DNA of 58,245 nt from a virus (Duplodnaviria > Caudoviricetes). Made by a program: the position numbers and the translations under genes. How positions within the stretch are numbered: position 1 is the first letter of the stretch; every line of letters starts with the position of its first letter. The DNA is taken from IMG/VR virus record IMGVR_UViG_3300025070_000036, positions 1-58,245 of that record; one strand, 5' to 3'. The notes below the pieces were generated by a model. That model was not told where the DNA came from and did no database searches. It saw nothing but the letters and a program-made list of their open reading frames with translations. Shown here piece after piece: positions 26,476-35,389 of the stretch.

Positions 26476-28305
26476 ATGGATTTAATCACACTGGATTTTG
26501 AAACCTATTACGATAAAGATTATTCTTTAAGTAAGATAACTACTGAAGCTTATGTCCGTGACCCTCGTTTTGAGACCGTGGGCGTAAGCGTAAGACTTAA
26601 CAACGGAAAAACGGAGTGGGCTAGTGGTACGCATGAACAGATCAAGAAATACCTCAACACGTTCCCTTGGGATACGTCTATGTTACTTTGTCATAACACT
26701 ATGTTCGATGGTGCTATTCTTGATTGGCGTTATAATATTCGCCCTCGCATGTATACCGATACTTTGTGTATTGCCCGTGCTTTACACGGGGTGGAAGCTC
26801 GTTCAAACCTCGCATCGCTTGCTGAAAGGTATAAGATCGGTAAGAAGGGGACAGAAGTTCTCGACGCACTCGGAAAGCAACGTGCAGATTTTACACCCGA
26901 AGAACTAAGTGCGTACGGGGATTACTGTATCAATGATGTAGAGTTAACCTATAAGCTGTTTAGTATAATGGCACGTAACTTTCCCAAATCTGAATTACGT
27001 TTGATTGACCTGACACTACGCATGTTTACACAACCAACGTTAGAGTTAGATGATGACCTACTAATATCACACCTTAGTGACGTTAAAGCACGTAAGGATA
27101 AGTTGTTAGTAGATGCAGGTATTGATGATAAAAAAGACCTGATGTCCAACCCCAAGTTCGCTGAACTACTTAAAGGGCTTGGCGTAGAACCTCCCATGAA
27201 AATAAGCGCAACCACAGGTAAAGAGACACATGCGTTTGCAAAGTCAGACGAAGGATTTAAAGCATTACTCGAACACGAAAACCCAAAGGTAAAGTCTTTA
27301 GTAGAAGCACGTCTGGGTAACAAGTCTAGTCTTGAAGAGACACGTACACAGAGGTTTATAGACATATCCCAGCGTGGGCTTCTACCCGTACCTGTAAAAT
27401 ATTATGCCGCGCACACCGGACGTTGGGGTGGTTCAGATAAGATCAATCTACAAAACCTACCTAGCCGTGGTGCGAATGGTAAGAAGTTAAAGAGTAGTAT
27501 AGTAGCACCCGAAGGACACACGCTGATTGATTGCGATAGTTCTCAGATCGAAGCTCGCGTGCTTGCATGGTTGGCAGGGCAAACCGATTTAGTTGCACAG
27601 TTCGCGGCAGGTGAAGACGTGTACAAATATATGGCGTCTAGCATATACTCAGTTTCAGTTAAGAACGTTACCAAAGATCAAAGGTTTGTGGGTAAGACTA
27701 CAATTCTGGGTGCAGGGTACGGCATGGGGGCTGTAAAGTTCCAAGCGCAGTTACAAGGGTTTGGTGTTTACATTGAGCTTGATGAAGCACGCCGTATCAT
27801 AGAAATATATCGTGGCACTAATGGAGCTATAAGCCAGTTATGGCGTGACGCTAACAACATGGTGCAGTACATGGCACGCGGAGATAGCATACAGTTTGGC
27901 AAAGAAGGTGTCTTGCAAGTAGACGCACGCAAGAACGCTATCATTTTACCTAATGGTCTACCTATGTTTTATCATGGCTTGGCGGCTGAACGCGGAGAGC
28001 GCGGGTATGAGTATACATACCGAACAAGAAAAGGCCCGAACCGTATATACGGGGGTAAGGTTGTGGAGAACGTATGCCAAGCTATAGCTCGCTGTATCAT
28101 AGGGCATCAAATGATACTCCTTGCCAAGAGGTACAAGGCTGTGTTAACTGTACATGACTCGATTATTACCTGTGTTCCTGACGAAGAGTTGGTTGAAGCA
28201 CAAGCGTACATGGAAGAGTGTATGAGCCAAACGCCTGATTGGGCAAAAGGTTTACCTATAACCTGTGAGAGTGGCACAGGCAAATCATATGGAGAATGTG
28301 AGTGA
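26476..28305 (+). CDS. polA: Family A DNA polymerase with 3'-5' exonuclease; Leu at the 762-equivalent position
   Basis: ExoI DFET, ExoII HNTMFD, ExoIII YCINDV, HTGRW, motif A DSSQIEAR, motif B RFVGKTTILGAGYG, motif C VHDS. Confidence 0.95.
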   Translation: MDLITLDFETYYDKDYSLSKITTEAYVRDPRFETVGVSVRLNNGKTEWASGTHEQIKKYLNTFPWDTSMLLCHNTMFDGAILDWRYNIRPRMYTDTLCIARALHGVEARSNLASLAERYKIGKKGTEVLDALGKQRADFTPEELSAYGDYCINDVELTYKLFSIMARNFPKSELRLIDLTLRMFTQPTLELDDDLLISHLSDVKARKDKLLVDAGIDDKKDLMSNPKFAELLKGLGVEPPMKISATTGKETHAFAKSDEGFKALLEHENPKVKSLVEARLGNKSSLEETRTQRFIDISQRGLLPVPVKYYAAHTGRWGGSDKINLQNLPSRGANGKKLKSSIVAPEGHTLIDCDSSQIEARVLAWLAGQTDLVAQFAAGEDVYKYMASSIYSVSVKNVTKDQRFVGKTTILGAGYGMGAVKFQAQLQGFGVYIELDEARRIIEIYRGTNGAISQLWRDANNMVQYMARGDSIQFGKEGVLQVDARKNAIILPNGLPMFYHGLAAERGERGYEYTYRTRKGPNRIYGGKVVENVCQAIARCIIGHQMILLAKRYKAVLTVHDSIITCVPDEELVEAQAYMEECMSQTPDWAKGLPITCESGTGKSYGECE

Positions 28306-28970
28306 CAAAAGTAGCACCGTGGTCTTTCAGTAAGATTAAAGCATTTGAGCAATGCCCCAAGCAATTCTACCATGACAAGATACTCAAAGAGTTCCCGTTT
28401 AAAGAGACAGATGCTACCCTGTATGGAACAGCTTTTCACAAAGCCGCAGAAGATTTTATTGGTAAGGACACTCCTCTACCTAAGAAGTTTAGCTTTGCGG
28501 AAGAGGCACTGGTATCGCTGAAAAACCGCACAGGCGAAAAACTATGCGAAATAAAACTAGGTATAAACTCTGATTTAGAAGCATGTGATTTCTACGCCAA
28601 AGATGTTTGGTTTCGTGGTATCGCTGACTTAGTTATACTGGACGGTGATCTCGCATGGGTAGTAGATTACAAGACAGGCAAGTCTTCTAAGTATGCAGAC
28701 AAAGGACAGCTAGAGTTAATGGCGTTGGGTTTGTTTGCTAAGTACCCCCAAATTAAGACTGTACGTGCAGGGTTATTTTTTGTTGTATGTAATGACTTGG
28801 TAAAAGACACATACATGGAGTATGATAGCCATAAGCTGTGGGGGAAATGGTTAAGTAAGTACGACCAGATGAAGGCCGCGGCTGAAAACGATGTGTGGAA
28901 CGCACGGCCTAACGGCTTATGCAGACGACACTGCCCTGTAATTGAATGTGTTCACAATGGAGCAAATTAA
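28302..28970 (+). CDS. PD-(D/E)XK exonuclease (RecB/Cas4-like)
   Basis: SFSKI..FEQCP, GTAFH, RGIADL, VDYKTGK, QL, C-terminal Cys cluster. Confidence 0.85.
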   Translation: MTKVAPWSFSKIKAFEQCPKQFYHDKILKEFPFKETDATLYGTAFHKAAEDFIGKDTPLPKKFSFAEEALVSLKNRTGEKLCEIKLGINSDLEACDFYAKDVWFRGIADLVILDGDLAWVVDYKTGKSSKYADKGQLELMALGLFAKYPQIKTVRAGLFFVVCNDLVKDTYMEYDSHKLWGKWLSKYDQMKAAAENDVWNARPNGLCRRHCPVIECVHNGAN

Positions 28971-29242
28971 TGCCATATAAAAATCCCAAAGATCGTAAGA
29001 AACAAAAGAATGCACCTGTAGGTAGTAAGGCGTTTGAGGCACGTATGGAACGGCAACGCGCCAGACGTAAGGTAGATAAGAATGGTGTAGATAAAAACAA
29101 AAACGGTAAAGCCGACAAACGTGAAGGTAAAGATGTTAGTCACAAGAAAGCCTTGTCCAAGGGTGGGTCTAACAAAGATGGTATACGTATAGAAAGTTCA
29201 AGTAAGAACCGCGCACGTAACTATAAAAAGAAGAAAAAATAG
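28970..29242 (+). CDS. Small basic HNH-like protein (start 28970)
   Basis: GKDVSHKKALSKGGSN...SSKNRARN; TAATG coupling. Confidence 0.6.
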   Translation: MPYKNPKDRKKQKNAPVGSKAFEARMERQRARRKVDKNGVDKNKNGKADKREGKDVSHKKALSKGGSNKDGIRIESSSKNRARNYKKKKK

Positions 29243-29260
29243 TTCGGGCAACTGCCCGAA
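29243..29260. repeat. Palindrome copy 11, between the stop codon and the helicase RBS
   Basis: TAG TTCGGGCAACTGCCCGAA AGGAGA actaa GTG (29272). Confidence 0.95.
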
Positions 29261-29271
29261 AGGAGAACTAA

Positions 29272-30807
29272 GTGCGAATTATAGAAGACAAGGCGTTGCT
29301 ATTAAAGCTACGCAATCCAAACCGTGTCACTAAAACAGTCCCAAAGAGTAAAGCTGTACGCGATAACGAAGTGTTAGTTAATTGGGGTATCGACGAGATG
29401 CACGCACTGCACGCACTTAATATTGATGTGCCTTCCCCCATACATGGACAATATACTTGGACGGGTAAGTATGATCCGTTTGCCCACCAAAAGAAAACAG
29501 CCGCGTTCTTAACTATGAACCGGAAAGGTTTTTGCTTCAACGAACAGGGTACAGGTAAAACGGCTAGTGCTATCTGGGCTACGGATTATCTGATGAAACA
29601 GGGCAAGATAAAACGTGCTTTGGTTATATGCCCACTGTCTATTATGGATTCAGCATGGCGTGAAGATTTATTTACTTTTGCACCGCACCGCACTGTGGAT
29701 ATAGCGCATGGTGTATCAAAGAAACGTAAAGCCATCATAGGGCAAGGCGCGGACTTTGTTATAATAAACTATGATGGAGTAGAGATTGTATCGGAAGAGA
29801 TAGCCAAAGGCGGTTTTGATTTAATTATTGTAGACGAAGCAACGCACTACAAGAACGCTCAGTCTAAACGTTGGAAAATATTAAACAAACTCGTTAATGA
29901 AGATACATGGCTGTGGATGATGACTGGTACACCTGCCGCACAATCTCCGTTAGATGCGTACGGATTGGCAAAACTTATTGACCCTACGACTGTACCGAGG
30001 TTCTTTGGTTCGTTTCGTGATATGGTCATGCGTAAGATAACTCAGTTTAGGTGGGTGGTTAAACCTGAAGCTACTGACCTTGTGTTTAACGTGTTACAAC
30101 CTGCCATAAGATTTACAAAGGAAGAGTGTCTTGACCTTCCTGACATGACATATGTGAAGCGTAAGGTAGAGTTAACAAGACAACAACAGAAATACTACAA
30201 CATGTTGAAGAAAAAACTCACAATGAAGATACAAGAAGATGAAGTATCTGCAGTTAACGCCGCTGTTGTTATGAACAAGTTATTACAAATATCAGCAGGG
30301 GCTGTATACACCGATGAAGGTGATACCTTAGAGTTTGATATAAAGCATAGGTATAAGGTGTTACGAGAAGTAATAGACGAAAGTAGCCAAAAAGTGCTTG
30401 TTTTCGTACCTTTCAAACATACCATTGACATACTAACAGATAAGTTACGTAGTGACGGGATTACTACTGACGTTATTCGTGGCGATGTACCTGTAGCTAA
30501 ACGCACAGACATATTTAAACGGTTTCAAACAACGAGCGACCCAAGAGTTTTAGTTATACAACCGCAGTCTGCGGCACATGGTGTTACGTTAACAGCAGCT
30601 AACACAGTAGTCTGGTGGGGGCCAACGCCTTCGTTAGAAACTTATGCTCAAGCAAACGCACGGGTTCATAGGTCTGGACAGAAGCATCCCTGTACTGTTG
30701 TACAGTTGCAAGGTTCTGCCGCGGAAAAGCGTGTTTACGCACTTCTTGACAATAGAATTGATGTACACACAAAAATGATAGATTTATACAAAGAACTACT
30801 TGACTAG
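29272..30807 (+). CDS. SNF2-family (SF2) helicase
   Basis: Q-motif FAHQ, EQGTGKT, IVDEAT, MTGTP, HGVTLT, QANARVHRSGQ. Confidence 0.92.
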   Translation: MRIIEDKALLLKLRNPNRVTKTVPKSKAVRDNEVLVNWGIDEMHALHALNIDVPSPIHGQYTWTGKYDPFAHQKKTAAFLTMNRKGFCFNEQGTGKTASAIWATDYLMKQGKIKRALVICPLSIMDSAWREDLFTFAPHRTVDIAHGVSKKRKAIIGQGADFVIINYDGVEIVSEEIAKGGFDLIIVDEATHYKNAQSKRWKILNKLVNEDTWLWMMTGTPAAQSPLDAYGLAKLIDPTTVPRFFGSFRDMVMRKITQFRWVVKPEATDLVFNVLQPAIRFTKEECLDLPDMTYVKRKVELTRQQQKYYNMLKKKLTMKIQEDEVSAVNAAVVMNKLLQISAGAVYTDEGDTLEFDIKHRYKVLREVIDESSQKVLVFVPFKHTIDILTDKLRSDGITTDVIRGDVPVAKRTDIFKRFQTTSDPRVLVIQPQSAAHGVTLTAANTVVWWGPTPSLETYAQANARVHRSGQKHPCTVVQLQGSAAEKRVYALLDNRIDVHTKMIDLYKELLD

Positions 30808-30828
30808 CGTATTACTAGGTACTAAAGT
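30800..30828 (+). promoter_or_regulatory. Possible sigma70-like promoter TTGACT-17-TAAAGT
   Basis: TAC TTGACT context like the early promoters; lies upstream of the SSB/primase block. Confidence 0.4.
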
Positions 30829-30858
30829 GTAATTCTCGTTAGAGCAGGAGAACATAAA

Positions 30859-31260
30859 ATGAGTGATAACACCGAAGTCCCTGCAGACAAACTTACTAAG
30901 GCTTATATAAAGATAAGAGCAGAAAGAGCCTTACTGTCTGCAGATTACAAAGAAAAAGATGGAAAGTTGGTACGCCAACTAGACACTTTGAAGAAAGCGT
31001 TACTAGATTATTGCGATGCACATAATGTAGAAAGCGTAAGAACCTCTGAAGGTTTGTTTTTTAGGTCTACTAAAACAAAATATTGGACTGGAGATTGGGA
31101 ATCCATGTACTCGTTCATAAAAGAACATGACATGCCCGAATTTTTGGATCGTCGTTTGAACCAGACTAATGTAAAACAGTTCTTGGAGGAAAATCCTGAC
31201 GTGATGCCGAAAGGTCTTAACGTCGATACAGAACATGTAATATCAGTTAGGAAAAAATGA
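30859..31260 (+). CDS. Conserved replication-module coiled-coil protein
   Basis: AGGAGA RBS; ESVRTSEG...DWESMYSFIKEH...PKGLNV. Confidence 0.75.
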   Translation: MSDNTEVPADKLTKAYIKIRAERALLSADYKEKDGKLVRQLDTLKKALLDYCDAHNVESVRTSEGLFFRSTKTKYWTGDWESMYSFIKEHDMPEFLDRRLNQTNVKQFLEENPDVMPKGLNVDTEHVISVRKK

Positions 31261-31505
31261 TGAATGAAGAACCATTTGTGCAGATAGAGGAGTTGTCAAA
31301 GCATTTTGCAGTGTCAATTTCTACAATCCGAGCGTGGGTTAGGCAGGGGCATATCCCTAAATCCACGTATATAAAGATCGGTAATACTTACCGGTTTAAC
31401 AAAACCTCAGTTACAGAAGAACTAACTAAAGCAATACAAGATGTACACGAGGAACCAACCGAAACTCAGCTTGATTTTGATTTCAACGCTGACGACGACG
31501 TATAA
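31257..31505 (+). CDS. Excisionase/MerR-like winged-HTH protein (HTH_17-like)
   Basis: IEELSKHFAVSISTIRAWVRQGHIP...KIGNTYRF. Confidence 0.8.
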   Translation: MMNEEPFVQIEELSKHFAVSISTIRAWVRQGHIPKSTYIKIGNTYRFNKTSVTEELTKAIQDVHEEPTETQLDFDFNADDDV

Positions 31506-31525
31506 CAAGCCAGAAGGAGAACAAC

Positions 31526-32233
31526 ATGGCAGAAACTTACATTATTGAAAACGTAGAAGCATTATGGCCTAAGATCGACAAGACGTATACGTTCGATCAA
31601 AGCGTAAAACGTAGTGTGCCTTGTAGTCCAAGAGACCAGAATGCAGAGTTTTCTATTGCATTTCGTATGGATAGCGCGACAGCTAAAGCGTTATTTATGC
31701 AGATGAAGGCCGCGTATGATGCTAACAAAGAGCCTAAATGGGCAGACAAGTTAGTTAACCCGTTTGTTAAAGATGACAACGGTACATACACTCACAAAGC
31801 AAACCTAAAAGGTGCTTATAAAGGTGAAGTCACTAACAAACCACTCCAAGTGGATTCACAAGGCACACCATTGCCAGAAGATTTTCAATTAACAACAGGT
31901 AGTACAGTAAGTGTAGCTGTGCAGTTGATACCTTATGACTTTGGTGGTAAACAAAGTGTGTCGCTACGACTAAAAGCTGTACAGGTTATTAAGTATGTTC
32001 CTATGGAAGTACGTAATCCGTTTGGTGCTGTAGATGGTGGCTTTGTTATGGAAGACGCTAATCCTTTTGCATCAACACCTAAAGCTGTGAAGAGCAATAA
32101 CGTGTTAGATGAAGCTCCCGCAGATGACGGGTTTGACGAAGAGCCAGTAAAAAGAACCGCTAAAAAAGCGGCGGCTGTGCCACCTTCTGACGACGGAGAC
32201 TTAGGTTCGATCATAGATAATTGGGACGACTAA
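31526..32233 (+). CDS. ssb: Single-stranded DNA-binding protein (T7 gp2.5-like OB fold)
   Basis: LTTGSTV...GVSLRLKAVQVI-like core (QSVSLRLKAVQVI), acidic tail ending in WDD. Confidence 0.7.
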   Translation: MAETYIIENVEALWPKIDKTYTFDQSVKRSVPCSPRDQNAEFSIAFRMDSATAKALFMQMKAAYDANKEPKWADKLVNPFVKDDNGTYTHKANLKGAYKGEVTNKPLQVDSQGTPLPEDFQLTTGSTVSVAVQLIPYDFGGKQSVSLRLKAVQVIKYVPMEVRNPFGAVDGGFVMEDANPFASTPKAVKSNNVLDEAPADDGFDEEPVKRTAKKAAAVPPSDDGDLGSIIDNWDD

Positions 32234-32242
32234 ACTATCCCT

Positions 32243-32276
32243 GCCACGGCTATTTGTTTAGCCGTGGTTAACTTTA
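32243..32276 (+). terminator. Hairpin / weak terminator between ssb and primase
   Basis: GCCACGGCTA-TTTGTT-TAGCCGTGGT followed by AACTTTAT. Confidence 0.5.
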
Positions 32277-32285
32277 TTATGACGA

Positions 32286-35093
32286 GTGGTGACAATGAAA
32301 ACAAAAAACTTTTTAGAATTATTATTAGCAGACGAAGGCCATTACTGCGTTTTTGCAACTAAAGGCGGTGCGCCTAAACAAAGTTTCTACAACAATGTAA
32401 GTGATGTTTTAGATGCCGCATATGATTACGATGCCAACGGACACGACGTGTATTTTGCATTGGCTACGTTAGAGACAGCAGGGTCTCGCAAAGCAGATAA
32501 CGTGCGTGGCATGAAATCTTTTTTCCTAGACCTAGATTGTGGTGAAGGTAAAGAGTTCCCCGACCAAGAAACTGCTATTGTAGAGCTACGTGCTTTCTGT
32601 AAACGACATAAACTACCTAACCCTACACTTGTTAACTCGGGGCGTGGTGTACACGTCTACTGGATTTTGTCTGAGTTGGTATGTAAGGACGATTGGCTAC
32701 CGGTAGCTGAACGCCTCAAACAACTATGCAAAGAAGACGGGTTTGAAGCTGATCCATCTGTTACGTCAGACGTAGCACGAGTTTTGCGGATACCATCTAC
32801 GCATAATCATAAAGGTACTCCACCTATACCCGTAACGTTTTATGGTGTTGAAGAACCTAGGACTATTTCTTTTGATGTTTTTTCTGATTTATTAGGCGGC
32901 GACCTGATACCAGTTCCAACGAAGTACAAAGCTAACAGCACAAGCGCGTTCTTAGATGCTATAAATGAGAATCAAAGAGGTAGCTTCAAACGTTTACTAA
33001 TAAAGACTGCCAAAGGTACGGGTTGTGCGCAGATAAAGTACATAATAGAAAATCAAAAAACTGTATCGCATGATTTGTGGCGTTCGGGTTTATCTATTGC
33101 AAACGTGTGTACAGACGGGGACAAGGGCGCAGAGCTGATGTCCAGTAAACATGACGACTACAGTTTAAGTAGAACATTGCGGAAGATGCAGGATACAGGG
33201 GGGCCGCACTTCTGCAGTACGTTCTCTACACATAACGAGTTATGTGATACGTGTCCTAACAATGGTAAAATATCTACACCTGCTATGCTTACAAAAGAGA
33301 TAGCAGAAGCATCTCCAGAAGATAATATAGTAGAAGAAACTTTTGGCGATACAACAAAGACAGTAGAAATACCTGTGTTTCCAAAGCCTTACTTTCGTGG
33401 ACAAAATGGGGGTGTATACATACGTGGTACAAACGCTGACGGTGACCCAGAAGAGGTTTGTGTATACCATAATGATTTCTATGTGACACGCAGGTTACAT
33501 GATGTAGAGTTAGGTGAAGTAATAGCGTTTGCGTTACACTTACCAAAAGACGGGATAAGGGATTTTATTGTGCCACTATCTGCGGTTACAGCACGGGAAG
33601 AGTTTCGTAGGCATATGTCTATGCAAGGTATAACTACTTTTGGGAAGGATATAGATAAACTAATGTCATACACAGCCGCGTGGATTAACGAGCTTCAACA
33701 AACCACTACAGCCAGTCAAGCACATCAACAGTTTGGGTGGGTTGACGACAAGAAAATGGACGAGTTTGTGTTAGGTGACCAACTCATTAGCGCTCACTCG
33801 ATAGGTTATAATCCCCCCTCTGCAAAAACATCAGGGTATATAGACAGGTTTAAGACCGCAGGTACTAGGGAACGTAACAAAGAAATAATAGATTTTTACG
33901 ATCAAGACGGGATGGAACTACAACAGTTTACTGTATGCGCAGGGTTCGGCACAATTCTTATGCCCTTAACAGGTTTATATGGTCTAGGTATACATCTGTT
34001 TGGAGATACAGGTGGTGGTAAAACAACCGCTATGTATACAGGTACTTCTATATTTGGTGACCCGTTTAAACTAACAGGCACTAAGGCTGATACAGCTAAC
34101 TCTCGTATGAACGTAGCTGAAGTTATGCACAACATGCTTCTTAATACGGACGAGATGACAAATATTCTTGGCAGACACGCCTCGGACTACGCATATCAGT
34201 TGTCTGAAGGGAAGCAGAAAAATCGTATGGCAGGTGGGGGCAACTACGAACGTGTTAGGGGCAAGCCTTGGAGGCTCATAGCTGTATCTTCTGGTAACGT
34301 CAGTATGTATGCACAGATGGCTATGGCAAAAGGCAATACTAAAGCTGAGATGCAACGGTTGTTAGAATTGCGCGTAGACGAGATGAATTTGGTAGAGGTC
34401 GATCTGCTTACAGGGGCTAAACTGTTTGCAGATATACAAGACAATTACGGTCATTACGGGGTTGAGTTTGTGCAGTACGTAATTCAAAACAAGGACACGA
34501 TTAGGGCAGACTACGAAAGTATAAAGGTAAAGCTAGATAAAGCCGCAGGGTTAAACCAGAAGAATCGTTTTTGGTCTGGGGGTTGTTCCGCGATACTGGC
34601 AGGGGCATTAGCCGCAAAGCGTGCAGGTATAATAGACTACGACCTGAAGAAATTGTTTAAGTGGATAGTGTCACAACTAAGAATTACTAAAGCATTTGTA
34701 GACGACAGCACTGCGTCTATTCAGACTTTGGTAACAGAATTTACTACAGAACATTGGGGTAGCATACTTAAAATTAAGAGTACAGAAACTGCGCATTCTA
34801 CAGATGGTGTAGCTCCTATGGTTATACCAGAACAAAACCCACGCGGTATGTTTGTAGCGCGATATGAAACAGATACTCACATGTTATACATAGTGCCGAA
34901 AGTGTTTAAGTCTTGGCTTGGTGAGCAAAAGTTAGATTATGTTAGTGCTGTAGAAGGTATGCAAAAAGAGTTGGGGGGTAAAAAACTAAAGATGCGTTTG
35001 AGTAAGGGTACTAATTTTAACCTGCCGCCTATCTGGGTGTTGGCAGTTAAGTTAGAAGGGTTTACAGGTGTATCAGAAACCTCTGAAGATTGA
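32286..35093 (+). CDS. Primase-helicase: AEP/RepB'-like primase plus DUF927 helicase
   Basis: FFLDLD, SGRGVHVYW, RVLRIP; Cys cluster; Walker A GDTGGGKTT, Walker B LNTDE. Confidence 0.85.
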   Translation: MVTMKTKNFLELLLADEGHYCVFATKGGAPKQSFYNNVSDVLDAAYDYDANGHDVYFALATLETAGSRKADNVRGMKSFFLDLDCGEGKEFPDQETAIVELRAFCKRHKLPNPTLVNSGRGVHVYWILSELVCKDDWLPVAERLKQLCKEDGFEADPSVTSDVARVLRIPSTHNHKGTPPIPVTFYGVEEPRTISFDVFSDLLGGDLIPVPTKYKANSTSAFLDAINENQRGSFKRLLIKTAKGTGCAQIKYIIENQKTVSHDLWRSGLSIANVCTDGDKGAELMSSKHDDYSLSRTLRKMQDTGGPHFCSTFSTHNELCDTCPNNGKISTPAMLTKEIAEASPEDNIVEETFGDTTKTVEIPVFPKPYFRGQNGGVYIRGTNADGDPEEVCVYHNDFYVTRRLHDVELGEVIAFALHLPKDGIRDFIVPLSAVTAREEFRRHMSMQGITTFGKDIDKLMSYTAAWINELQQTTTASQAHQQFGWVDDKKMDEFVLGDQLISAHSIGYNPPSAKTSGYIDRFKTAGTRERNKEIIDFYDQDGMELQQFTVCAGFGTILMPLTGLYGLGIHLFGDTGGGKTTAMYTGTSIFGDPFKLTGTKADTANSRMNVAEVMHNMLLNTDEMTNILGRHASDYAYQLSEGKQKNRMAGGGNYERVRGKPWRLIAVSSGNVSMYAQMAMAKGNTKAEMQRLLELRVDEMNLVEVDLLTGAKLFADIQDNYGHYGVEFVQYVIQNKDTIRADYESIKVKLDKAAGLNQKNRFWSGGCSAILAGALAAKRAGIIDYDLKKLFKWIVSQLRITKAFVDDSTASIQTLVTEFTTEHWGSILKIKSTETAHSTDGVAPMVIPEQNPRGMFVARYETDTHMLYIVPKVFKSWLGEQKLDYVSAVEGMQKELGGKKLKMRLSKGTNFNLPPIWVLAVKLEGFTGVSETSED

Positions 35094-35295
35094 TGATCTC
35101 GACCCCGATAAAATAAAAGTTACCGTGTCGTGGGAAGATATGGTTATAGGTGCGTCTGTTTTTATACCTTGTGTTAACACTGAGAAGGCCAAACAACAGA
35201 TGGAAAAGATTGCAAAAGACAAATCGTGGCAAGTAGCTGTACGCGTTTGCATAGAAAATGAAATGTTTGGGGTTCGCATTTGGAGAATAGTGTGA
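35068..35295 (+). CDS. Small hypothetical protein, last gene of the replication arm
   Basis: W...GASVFIPCVNT...GVRIWR. Confidence 0.65.
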   Translation: MYQKPLKIDDLDPDKIKVTVSWEDMVIGASVFIPCVNTEKAKQQMEKIAKDKSWQVAVRVCIENEMFGVRIWRIV

Positions 35296-35345
35296 TAGTC
35301 TACCCATGACAAGTTTGGACAACTTGTCGTTCTCCGTTCTGAACT

Positions 35346-35389
35346 CCCCCGACTGGCTAGGTTTCGCACTGCAACGTCGGGGGTTTTTT
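35346..35389 (+). terminator. Terminator at the convergence of the two arms
   Basis: CCCCCGAC...GTCGGGGG then TTTTTT; 22-nt internal segment. Confidence 0.65.

Noticed and set aside
28302-28970. Cas4 as evidence of a CRISPR system
   Set aside because: Sits in the replication module after polA; typical stand-alone phage PD-(D/E)XK exonuclease
31257-31505. Excisionase implying lysogeny
   Set aside because: No integrase or CI-like repressor recognised; such HTH genes are common in replication modules. PolA Leu762 alone is also insufficient evidence.
35340-35385. tRNA-like element (GGTTTCGCA resembles a T-loop)
   Set aside because: Too short; no cloverleaf, anticodon arm or acceptor stem
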